A stretch of DNA of 64,000 bases from Eledone cirrhosa. Lineage: Eukaryota. The position numbers were made by a program, and so were the translations under genes. Location: assembly GCA_964016885.1 (NCBI GenBank), contig OZ024743.1, forward strand, positions 257,114,001-257,178,000, written 5' to 3'. The notes beneath the pieces are model-generated. The model did no database searches and was not told the origin of the DNA. It saw nothing but the letters and a program-made list of their open reading frames with translations. The number at the start of each line of letters is the position of its first letter. Positions within the stretch are counted from its first letter, which is position 1. This document shows positions 15,001 to 27,264 of this stretch, piece after piece.

Positions 15001-18000
15001 AGTGTAATATAATAATAAAAGGATCAGCTGAGCACTCGATGTTTAGGTTCACGTCAGTATCAAGGTGTAGAGCCAGACAGAGTGTAATATAATAATACAA
15101 GGATCAGGTGAGCACTCGATGTTTAGGTTCACGTCAGTATCAAGGTGTAGAGCCAGACAGAGTGTAATATAATAATACAAGGATCAGGTGAGCACTCGAT
15201 GTTTAGGTTCACGTCAGTATCAAGGTGTAGAGCCAGACAGAGTGTAATATAATAATAAAAGGATCAGCTGAGCACTCGATGTTTAGGTTCACGTCAGTAT
15301 CGAGGTGTAGAGCCAGACAGAGTGTAATATAATAATACAAGGATCAGGTGAGCACTCGATGTTTAGGTTCTCGTCAGTATCAAGGTGTAGAGCCAGACAG
15401 AGTGTAATATAATAATACAAGGATCAGGTGAGCACTCGATGTTTAGGTTCTCGTCAGTATCAAGGTGTAGAGCCAGACAGAGTGTAATATAATAATACAA
15501 GGATCAGCTGAGCACTCGATGTTTAGGTTCACGTCAGTATCGAGGTGTAGAGCCAGACAGAGTGTAATATAATAATACAAGGGTCAGGTGAGCACTCGAT
15601 GTTTAGGTTCTCGTCAGTATCAAGGTGTAGAGCCAGACAGAGTGTAATATAATAATACAAGGATCAGCTGAGCACTCGATGTTTAGGTACACCTTAGTAT
15701 CGAGGTGTAGAGCCAGACAGAGTGTAATATAATAATACAAGGATCAGGTGAGCACTCGATGTCTAGGTACACGTCAGTATCAAGGTGTAGAGCCAGACAG
15801 AGTGTAATATAATAATAAAAGGATCAGCTGAGCACACGATGTTTAGGTTCTCGTCAGTATCAAGGTGTAGAGCCAGACAGAGTGTAATATAGTAATACAA
15901 GGATCAGCTGAGCACTCGATGTTTAGGTTCACGTCAGTATCAAGGTGTAGAGCCAGACAGAGTGTAATATAATAATACAAGGATCAGCTGAGCAATCGAT
16001 GTTTAGGTACACGTTAGTATCGAGGTGTAGAGCCAGACAGAGTGTAATATAATAATACAAGGATCAGGTGAGCACTCGATGTTTAGGTTCACGTCAGTAT
16101 CAAGGTGTAGAGCCAGACAGAGTGTAATATAATAATACAAGGATCAGGTGAGCACTCGATGTTTAGGTTCACGTCAGTATCGAGGTGTAGAGCCAGACAG
16201 AGTGTAATATAATAATACAAGGATCAGGTGAGCACTCGATGTTTAGGTTCACGTCAGTATCAAGGTGTAGAGCCAGACAGAGTGTAATATAATAATACAA
16301 GGATCAGCTGAGCACTCGATGTTTAGGTTCACGTCAGTATCAAGGTGTAGAGCCAGACAGAGTGTAATATAATAATACAAGGATCAGGTGAGCACTCGAT
16401 GTTTAGGTTCACGTCAGTATCAAGGTGTAGAGCCAGACAGAGTGTAATATAATAATACAAGGATCAGGTGAGCACTCGACGTTTAGGTTTCTCGTCAGTA
16501 TCAAGGTGTAGAGCCAGACAGAGTGTAATGTAATAATACAAGGATCAGGTGAGCACTCGATGTTTAGGTTCACGTCAGTATCAAGGTGTAGAGCCAGACA
16601 GAGTGTAATATAATAATACAAGGATCAGCTGAGCACTCGATGTTTAGGTTCACGTCAGTATCGAGGTGTAGAGCCAGACAGAGTGTAATATAATAATACA
16701 AGGATCAGGTGAGCACTCGATGTTTAGGTTCTCGTCAGTATCAAGGTGTAGAGCCAGACAGAGTGTAATATAACAATACAAGGATCAGGTGAGCACTCGA
16801 TGTTTAGGTTCACGTCAGTATCAAGGTGTAGAGCCAGATAGAGTGTAATATAATAATACAAGGATCAGGTGAGCAGTCGATGTTTAGGTTCACGTCAGTA
16901 TCAAGGTGTAGAGCCAGACAGAGTGTACTATAATAATACAAGGATCAGGTGAGCACTCGATGTTTAGGTTCTCGTCAGTATCAAGGTGTAGATCCAGACA
17001 GAGTGTAATATAATAATACAAGGATCAGGTGAGCACTCGATGTTTAGGTTCACGTCAGTATCAAGGAGTAGAGCCAGACAGAGTGTAATACAAGGATCAG
17101 GTGAGCACTCGATGTTTAGGTTCTCGTCAGTATCAAGGTGTAGAGCCAGACAGAGTGTAATATAATAATACAAGGATCAGCTAAGCACTCGATGTTTAGG
17201 TTCACGTCAGTATCAAGGTGTAGAGCCAGACAGAGTGTACTATAATAATACAAGGATCAGGTGAGCACTCGATGTTTAGGTTCACGTTAGTATCGAGGTG
17301 TAGAGCCAGACAGAGTGTAATATAATAATACAAGGATCAGGTGAGCACTCGATGTTTAGGTTCACGTCAGTATCAAGGTGTAGAGCAAGACAGAGTGTAA
17401 TATAATAATACAAGGATCAGGTGAGCACTCGATGTTTAGGTTCACGTCAGTATCAAGGAGTAGAGCCAGACAGAGTGTAATACAAGGATCAGGTGAGCAC
17501 TCGATGTTTAGGTTCACGTCAGTATCAAGGTGTAGAGCCAGAGAGAGTGTAATACAAGGATCAGGTGAGCACTCGATGTTTAGGTTCACGTCAGTATCAA
17601 GGAGTAGAGCCAGACAGAGTGTAATACAAGGATCAGGTGAGCACTCGATGTTTAGGTTCACGTCAGTATCAAGGTGTAGAGCCAGACAGAGTGTACTATA
17701 ATAATACAAGGATCAGGTGAGCACTCGATGTTTAGGTTCTCGTCAGTATCAAGGTGTAGATCCAGACAGAGTGTAATATAATAATACAAGGATCAGGTGA
17801 GCACTCGATGTTTAGGTTCACGTCAGTATCAAGGAGTAGAGCCAGACAGAGTGTAATACAAGGATCAGGTGAGCACTCGATGTTTAGGTTCTCGTCAGTA
17901 TCAAGGTGTAGATCCAGACAGAGTGTAATATAATAATAAAAGGATCAGCTGAGCACTCGATGTTTAGGTTCACGTCAGTATCAAGGGGTAGAGCCAGAGA

Positions 18001-21000
18001 GAGTGTAATATAATAATACAAGGATCAGGTGAGCACTCGATGTTTAGGTTCACGTCAGTATCAAGGTGTAGAGCCAGACAGAGTGTAATATAATAATACG
18101 AGGATCAGCTGAGCACTCGATGTTTAGGTACACGTCAGTATCGAGGTGTAGAGCCAGACAGAGTGTAATATAATAATACGAGGAGCAGGTGAGCACTCGA
18201 TGTTTAGGTTCACGTCAGTATCAAGGTGTAGAGCCAGACAGAGTGTAATATAATAATAAAAGGATCAGCTGAGCACACGATGTTTAGGTTCACGTCAGTA
18301 TCAAGGTGTAGAGCCAGACAGAGTGTAATATAATAATACAAGGATCAGCTGTGCACTCGATGTTTAGGTTCTCGTCAGTATCAAGGTGTAGAGCCAGACA
18401 GAGTGTAATATAATAATACAAGGATCAGCTGAGCACTCGATGTTTAGGTTCACGTCAGTATCAAGCTGTAGAGCCAGACAGAGTGTAATATAATAATACA
18501 AGGATCAGCTGAGCACTCGATGTTTAGGTTCACGTCAGTATCAAGGTGTAGAGCCAGACAGAGTGTAATATAATAATACAAGGATCAGCTGAGCACTCGA
18601 TGTTTAGGTTCTCGTCAGTATCAAGGTGTAGAGCCAGACAGAGTGTAATATAATAATACAAGGATCAGCTGAGCACTCGATGTTTAGGTTCACGTCAGTA
18701 TCAAGCTGTAGAGCCAGACAGAGTGTAATATAATAATTCAAGGATCAGGTGAGCACTCGATGTTTAGGTTCACGTCAGTATCGAGGTGTAGAGCCAGACA
18801 GAGTGTAATATAATAATTCAAGGATCAGCTGAGCACTCGATGTTTAGGTTCACGTCAGTATCAAGGTGTAGAGCCAGACAGAGTGTAATATAATAATTCA
18901 AGGATCAGCTGAGCACTCGATGTTTAGGTTCTCGTCAGTATCAAGGTGTAGAGCCAGACAGAGTGTAATATAATAATTCAAGGATCAGCTGAGCACTCGA
19001 TGTTTAGGTTCACGTCAGTATCAAGCTGTAGAGCCAGACAGAGTGTAATATAATAATTCAAGGATCAGCTGAGCACTCGATGTTTAGGTTCTCGTCAGTA
19101 TCAAGGTGTAGAGCCAGACAGAGTGTAATATAATAATACAAGGATCAGGTGAGCACTCGATGTTTAGGTTCACGTCAGTATCAAGGTGTAGAGCCACACA
19201 GAGTGTAATATAATAATACAAGGAGCAGCTGAGCACTCGATGTTTAGGTACACGTCAGTATCAAGGTGTAGAGCCAGACAGAGTGTAATATAATAATAAA
19301 AGGATCAGCTAAGCACACGATGTTTATGTTCACGTCAGTATCAAGGTGTAGAGCAAGACAGAGTGTAATATAATAATACAAGGATCAGGTGAGCACTCGA
19401 TGTTTAGGTTCACGTCAGTATCAAGGAGTAGAGCCAGACAGAGTGTAATACAAGGATCAGGTGAGCACTCGATGTTTAGGTTCACGTCAGTATCAAGGTG
19501 TAGAGCCAGAGAGAGTGTAATACAAGGATCAGGTGAGCACTCGATGTTTAGGTTCACGTCAGTATCAAGGAGTAGAGCCAGACAGAGTGTAATACAAGAA
19601 TCAGGTGAGCACTCGATGTTTAGGTTCACGTCAGTATCAAGGTGTAGAGCCAGACAGAGTGTACTGTAATAATACAAGGATCAGGTGAGCACTCGATGTT
19701 TAGGTTCTCGTCAGTATCAAGGTGTAGATCCAGACAGAGTGTAATATAATAATACAAGGATCAGGTGAGCACTCGATGTTTAGGTTCACGTCAGTATCAA
19801 GGAGTAGAGCCAGACAGAGTGTAATACAAGGATCAGGTGAGCACTCGATGTTTAGGTTCTCGTCAGTATCAAGGTGTAGATCCAGACAGAGTGTAATATA
19901 ATAATAAAAGGATCAGCTGAGCACTCGATGTTTAGGTTCACGTCAGTATCAAGGGGTAGAGCCAGAGAGAGTGTAATATAATAATACAAGGATCAGGTGA
20001 GCACTCGATGTTTAGGTTCACGTCAGTATCAAGGTGTAGAGCCAGACAGAGTGTAATATAATAATACGAGGATCAGCTGAGCACTCGATGTTTAGGTACA
20101 CGTCAGTATCGAGGTGTAGAGCCAGACAGAGTGTAATATAATAATACGAGGAGCAGGTGAGCACTCGATGTTTAGGTTCACGTCAGTATCAAGGTGTAGA
20201 GCCAGACAGAGTGTAATATAATAATAAAAGGATCAGCTGAGCACACGATGTTTAGGTTCACGTCAGTATCAAGGTGTAGAGCCAGACAGAGTGTAATATA
20301 ATAATACAAGGATCAGCTGTGCACTCGATGTTTAGGTTCTCGTCAGTATCAAGGTGTAGAGCCAGACAGAGTGTAATATAATAATACAAGGATCAGCTGA
20401 GCACTCGATGTTTAGGTTCACGTCAGTATCAAGCTGTAGAGCCAGACAGAGTGTAATATAATAATACAAGGATCAGCTGAGCACTCGATGTTTAGGTTCA
20501 CGTCAGTATCAAGGTGTAGAGCCAGACAGAGTGTAATATAATAATACAAGGATCAGCTGAGCACTCGATGTTTAGGTTCTCGTCAGTATCAAGGTGTAGA
20601 GCCAGACAGAGTGTAATATAATAATACAAGGATCAGCTGAGCACTCGATGTTTAGGTTCACGTCAGTATCAAGCTGTAGAGCCAGACAGAGTGTAATATA
20701 ATAATTCAAGGATCAGGTGAGCACTCGATGTTTAGGTTCACGTCAGTATCGAGGTGTAGAGCCAGACAGAGTGTAATATAATAATTCAAGGATCAGCTGA
20801 GCACTCGATGTTTAGGTTCACGTCAGTATCAAGGTGTAGAGCCAGACAGAGTGTAATATAATAATTCAAGGATCAGCTGAGCACTCGATGTTTAGGTTCT
20901 CGTCAGTATCAAGGTGTAGAGCCAGACAGAGTGTAATATAATAATTCAAGGATCAGCTGAGCACTCGATGTTTAGGTTCACGTCAGTATCAAGCTGTAGA

Positions 21001-23810
21001 GCCAGACAGAGTGTAATATAATAATTCAAGGATCAGCTGAGCACTCGATGTTTAGGTTCTCGTCAGTATCAAGGTGTAGAGCCAGACAGAGTGTAATATA
21101 ATAATACAAGGATCAGGTGAGCACTCGATGTTTAGGTTCACGTCAGTATCAAGGTGTAGAGCCACACAGAGTGTAATATAATAATACAAGGAGCAGCTGA
21201 GCACTCGATGTTTAGGTACACGTCAGTATCAAGGTGTAGAGCCAGACAGAGTGTAATATAATAATAAAAGGATCAGCTAAGCACACGATGTTTAGGTTCA
21301 CGTCAGTATCAAGGTGTAGAGCCAGACAGAGTGTAATACAAGGATCAGGTGAGCACTCGATGTTTAGGTTCACGCCAGTATCGAGGTGTAGAGCCAGACA
21401 GAGTGTAATATAATAATACAAGCATCAGCTGAGCACTCGATGTTTAGGTACACGTCAGTATCAAGGTGTAGAGCCAGACAGAGTGTAATATAATAATACA
21501 AGGATCAGCTAAGCACACGATGTTTAGGTTCACGTCAGTATCAAGGTGTAGAGCCAGACAGAGTGTAATATAATAATACAAGGATCAGCTGAGCACTCGA
21601 TGTTTAGGTTCTCGTCAGTATCAAGGTGTAGAGCCAGACAGAGTGTAATATAATAATACAAGGATCAGCTGAACACTCGATGTTTAGGTTCACGTCAGTA
21701 TCAAGGTGTAGAGCCAGACAGAGTGTAATATAATAATTCAAGGATCAGGTGAGCACTCGATGTTTAGGTTCACGTCAGTATCAAGGTGTAGAGCAAGACA
21801 GAGTGTAATATAATAATAAAAGGATCAGCTGAGCACACGATGTTTAGGTTCACGTCAGTATCAAGGTGTAGAGCTAGACAGAGTGTAATATAATAATACA
21901 AGGATCAGGTGAGCACTCGATGTTTAGGTTCTCGTCAGCATCAAGGTGTAGAGCCAGACAGAGTGTAATATAATAATACAAGGATCAGGTGAGCACTCGA
22001 TGTTTAGGTTCTCGTCAGCATCAAGGTGTAGAGCCAGACAGAGTGTAATATAATAATACAAGGATCAGCTGAGCACTCGATGTTTAGGTTTCTCGTCATT
22101 ATCAAGGTGTAGAGCCAGACAGAGTGTAATATAATAATACAAGGATCAGCTGAGCACTCGATGTTTAGGTTCACGTCAGTATCGAGGTGTAGAGCCAGAC
22201 AGAGTGTAATATAATAATACAAGGATCAGGTGAGCACTCGATGTTTAGGTTCACGTCAGTATCAAGGTGTAGAGCCAGACAGAGTGTAATATAATAATAC
22301 AAGGATCAGGTGAGCACTCGATGTTTAGGTTCACGTCAGTATCGAGGTGTAGAGCCAGACAGAGTGTAATATAATAATACAAGGATCAGCTGAGCACTCG
22401 ATGTTTAGGTTCTCGTCAGTATCAAGGTGTAGAGCCAGACAGAGTGTAATATAACAATACAAGGATCAGGTGAGCACTCGATGTTTAGGTTCACGTCAGT
22501 ATCAAGGTGTAGAGCCAGATAGAGTGTAATATAATAATACAAGGATCAGGTGAGCAGTCGATGTTTAGGTTCACGTCAGTATCAAGGTGTAGAGCCAGAC
22601 AGAGTGTAATATAATAATACAAGGATCAGGTGAGCACTCGATATTTAGGTGCACGTCAGTATCAAGGTGTAGAGCCAGAGAGAGTGTAATATAATAATAC
22701 AAGGATCAGGTGAGCACTCGATGTTTAGGTTCACGTCAGTATCAAGGTGTAGAGCCAGACAGAGTGTAATATAATAATACAAGGATCAGGTGAGCACTCG
22801 ATGTTTAGGTTCACGTCAGTATCAAGGTGTAGAGCCAGACAGAGTGTAATACAAAGATCAGGTGAGCACTCGATGTTTAGGTGCACGTCAGTATCGAGGT
22901 GTAGAGCAAGACAGAGTGTAATATAATAATACAAGGATCAGGTGAGCACTCGATGTTTAGGTTCACGTCAGTATCAAGGTGTAGAGCAAGACAGAGTGTA
23001 ATATAATAATAAAAGGATCAGCTGAGCACACGATGTTTAGGTTCACGTCAGTATCGAGGTGTAGAGCCAGACAGAGTGTAATATAATAATACAAGAATCA
23101 GCTGAGCACTCGATGTTTAGGTACACGTCAGTATCGAGGTGTAGAGCCAGACAGAGTGTAATATAATAATACAAGGATCAGGTGAGCACTCGATGTTTAG
23201 GTTCACGTTAGTATCGAGGTGTAGAGCCAGACAGAGTGTAATATAATAATACAAGGATCAGCTGAGCACTCGATGTTTAGGTTCACGTCAGTATCAAGGT
23301 GTAGAGCCAGACAGAGTGTAATATAATAATACAAGGATCAGGTGAGCACTCGATGTTTAGGTTCTCGTCAATATCAAGGTGTAGAGCCAGACAGAGTGTA
23401 ATATAATAATACAAGGATCAGCTGAGCACTCGATGTTTAGGTTCACGTTAGTATCGAGGTGTAGAGCCAGACAGAGTGTAATATAATAATACAAGGATCA
23501 GCTGAGCACACGATGTTTAGGTTCACGTCAGTATCAAGGTGTAGAGCCAGACAGAGTGTAATATAATAATACAAGGATCAGGTGAGCACTCGATGTTTAG
23601 GTTCACGTCAGTATCAAGGTGTAGAGCCAGACAGAGTGTAATATAATAATACAAGGATCATGTGAGCACTCGATGTTTAGGTTCTCGTCAATATCAAGGT
23701 GTAGAGCCAGACAGAGTGTAATATAATAATACAAGGATCAGGTGAGCACTCGATGTTTAGGTTCTCGTCAGTATCAAGGTGTAGAGCCAGACAGAGTGTA
23801 ATACCAGGAT
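1..23810. repeat. Tandem satellite array, ~300 units of 80 bp (72-bp and 81-bp variants); continues beyond the left window edge
   Basis: Consensus gatcaggtgagcactcgatgtttaggttcacgtcagtatcaaggtgtagagccagacagagtgtaatataataatacaag repeats head-to-tail throughout. 72-bp units lack 8 bp of the taataata tract. Similarity ends at ...gagtgtaataccaggat (23810). Confidence 0.99.
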
Positions 23811-24904
23811 GATTGGTTACTCCTTCATTACGTGTATTGGTTGGTGATGCACGTTTCGCTACTGATCAGCTCAAGGTTCGATCTGTATCGATCTGGCCCG
23901 TCTCTGGAATCAAGAGCTTGTTGGACCTCTGTAGTAGTAATGACAGAATGAATATACATGGCATATTAAAAGTCTAACATTCATAAGTTGTTATGATTGG
24001 TGGGTTAGTTATGAGGACTGTTTTGACCTGTAAGATATAATATATATATAAAAAAGATATATAAGTATGTATACGTACATACATATATGTAAACAGACGT
24101 ACAGTAGTATGTATATATATATATATATATATATACATACATGCACACATATATATATGTACGTATGGATTCACCGACCATTTATTATAATGCCCGGTTT
24201 GTTTGTAAAGAAACATCCCGAATTAAGCCTTACAGTGTCTAGCAATTTGTTTACCACTGACAAAGGAACGCTGTACTAGTTTCAAGCTTATTAGCTATTG
24301 TCAGCAACGTATACCTTCCAGTCAGATAGTTGAACGTCTGAAAGTATATACTTTCCTTATGCATATTAACGGCTGAGCAGCCTAATTTGCATATCAAGTG
24401 AGTTAATCGGCCTGGGTACCAAAATTAACCGTTTTTTTTTCAACCATACATAAACTTACATACATTCGTATATACACGTGTGCGCATACGCAAGATATGT
24501 GCAGATGTACACGCATTGGCATTGCATTTAGATATCGTGTGGGGTTAATAGGTGGTAGAAAGGATATAAGAAGTGACGTTGAATAACGGTGGTGAAATTA
24601 TTCATAAAAGATCAGGCAATACAAACCGTTGTGGTGAAGTGTATGGTGCTAGTGGTTTGTGTGTGCCTCAATGGTATGTGGTATGTGTTGGTGTGGGTGA
24701 GGGTGGTGGGGGTATGGTAATGAATATGACCTAACATTTACAGGATCAAAACTATAAAATGTTATAAATTAAAAATTAACAAGGATAACTAACAGTGGTA
24801 CTGAAATGTGATATGATATGAGAAAATAGTGGTAGTTATTCCTATGTTTTGTTTAAGTTGTTATGGTTTGTCCATGGCACCTGCCTGAATATCAGGGCAG
24901 CGAA

Positions 24905-25560
24905 CGTATTCTTGCTGGTGTGTCTATAATATTATTATGATATCTGATCTCAAATTTATGGGCGATTTTAATTTGATGCTCTCGGCCGATTTGGCCAGGC
25001 ACAACCTGCAGTGGCTTCCACCAGTGGGAAGTTGGGCCACGTTTCTCCTAACTGACCATTTGATCTGGTATTTCAGATTCTTGTCGTTAAGGTCCCAGAT
25101 CAAATCTGCCAGTCTGGCTTGGCAGCGTTTAAGTCTGTGGTTGAATGAGCTTTTCTAATTGTAAAGTTGTTCCTTAAAGGTAGTCGAGGTTGTGCCTATA
25201 TAGGTGTATTCATTTCAGCCAACTGTGACATTGCACTGGTACACAATTTCTTGATGAGGCACTCCTTGCTGAGTGGGCATTTCTCTGGCTTTTTGCAGTT
25301 GCATGTGGGGGCTATTGAGTTGTTGTTATATTGCTGGTTGGTCAGATTTGGGTTGGGGTTAGCATGTAGTTGAGCATTGTAATGTATTATTTGTGCAGTG
25401 TTGTTTTGGACTGTGCTAGTGGTTACTTGTGTTTGTGTATTTTGGTCCTATCAGTGTATGCTATTGTGTCGGCTAGATTGGGTACTGTGGAGAAAGAGAA
25501 TTTTACTGTGTGTCTTTTAAAGAACTTGCACTATTTGTGTGTAGGTGGAAAGGATTGATC
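24905..25560 (-). mobile_element. Decayed Penelope-like retroelement (Neptune-type) C-terminal ORF remnant with GIY-YIG endonuclease
   Basis: Minus-strand translation with stops and frameshifts: FPPTHK*..HTVKFSFSTVPN, TCNCKKPEKCPLSKECL (~25260-25305), YTYIGTTSTTFKEQLYN*KSSF (~25145-25208), YQIKWSV..HCRLCL (~25000). This motif order is typical of PLE endonuclease domains. Confidence 0.85.
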
Positions 25561-25574
25561 GAGGGCCTTTAAGA

Positions 25575-25834
25575 ATGTAGGTGACACGACAAAAAGTACC
25601 CAGCCCAAACTGTAAAGTGATCATGTAGGTGTCATGACAAAAAGCACCCTGTACACACTGTAAATCTGGTTGGCTTTAGGGAGGGCATCCAGCCATCGAA
25701 ACCTAGCCAGAGTAAGTTCTGTATGAGCAAGATGTAGTCATCTGACCTGGCTTGTCTTATTATGGGACAACTCGTCTAATCCATGCTAGCATGGAAAAAT
25801 TGACATTAAACGGTCATGATGATGATGATGATGA
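25575..25834 (+). mobile_element. RTE LINE 3' UTR/tail fragment
   Basis: Contains tagggagggcatccagc and ccatgctagcatggaaaa..gacattaaa followed by a (gat)n tail, matching the 3' end of the LINE at 47100-47435. Confidence 0.75.
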
Positions 25835-27193
25835 CATACATACACATGTAAGTGCACATACAAACACATATGCATATATATGTGTGTACATGTATATACT
25901 CTTTCAGGACATGCAGGATGATGACTATTAATATTTATTCAATGCTGATGAATCACTTCCCTCATTACTGATGATGATTATGATGATGATAATATTTGTG
26001 ATGATATTATGTGACAATGATGATCATGATAATGGCAGATTCTGACAGTGATGAAAATAGCACTAGTAAAGATAAGATAATGAGGATGAGAATGAAGAGG
26101 AGGATAGGGCTGGGGAGGGGGGTGGGTAAGATGATGATACAATAGAAAAGCTGCTTCATGAAATTAAATTCTTTACGAAGTATCTAAATAATTTAGTCAG
26201 GGACTTTTCCTGTTTTTGTTTTCTTTTTTAACCACATTAAGAGCTAAATTCCTTATAGACTTTCCATCTTATTAAAGTGTGACAGTTAAAGTTTGAGAAA
26301 ATTAATTTATATATCAACTTTAATTATCCACTATCTTGAAGCTTTACCGAAATTTTATTTTCCTTCTTTATGCTGTTAATGTTAGGTTTTCTCTTGCTTC
26401 ATTTGTTGATTTGTATGTGTTGATATGGTTGTCATTTTGTAAACTATTTCTTTAGTATTATCCACGTATAACCTGATATTTTCTGTAGAATTGATAGTTT
26501 GAGAAGTAAAAGAAAACTGCTGACTCAAGAATTGATAATTATTTGCCAATGTTTGTCAAAATATTTGAGATAAAAGCTTAAAAAACAATTCTGTATGAAT
26601 GAATGACAGCAATACACAAGGTATATTTTTTTCTGCATCCCAAAGTACATTTCTTCAACAGGAAAGATTTATGGAATAAAATCTAATATATAAGCAATAA
26701 ATAAAGATTACTTAGGAAATAAATTTTGTTTTATTGCTTTTTTCTTCATAAACAATGTCTTTTTTCTTCCAGGTTTTGGAAATTACACACTGTTTCATTG
26801 TCAAGAGATGTACTTGATAAAGGCACTTAACAAAAATATGCTTTAGTCCCAGTATAACTAACTATACACACCTTATTCTCACAATAATTTGCTATGAGAT
26901 ACTGCAGAAGTAGGAGACTGTTAAACAATAGAGAGAGAGGGAGTAATAGCAGAAGAAAGGAAATAAAAGTGAGATCATGAAATTAAGAATGAGTTGCAGT
27001 AAGAGTTTTGTAACTGGTTAAAGTGGGAGGTCTTTCAAGAATGCTCTTTTCTATTAAGAAAGTAAGAAATGCAACCTATTTTTGAAGTATCCAAAGACTT
27101 TTTTAGTTACTTATCCGCACATAATAACTTGCAATGTTTTTATTTGTTGTCACACATATGAGATACAGTGGAAATAGGAAGCTGTTAAACAAA

Positions 27194-27213
27194 AGAGAGA
27201 GAGAGAGAGATAG

Positions 27214-27262
<49 letters not shown>
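27194..27262. repeat. (GA)n microsatellite
   Basis: Direct reading of the sequence. Confidence 0.9.

Positions 27263-27264
<2 letters not shown>

Noticed and set aside
256-22934. ORFs with ITLCLALHLDTDVNLNIECSPDPC or MFRFTSVS repeats
   Set aside because: They mostly arise where 72-bp (or 81-bp) units keep the frame. The dominant 80-bp unit frameshifts into stops, most ORFs lack ATG starts, and there is no domain similarity.
1-23810. CRISPR-like array
   Set aside because: No unique spacers (the whole unit is repeated), no cas genes, and a eukaryotic context.
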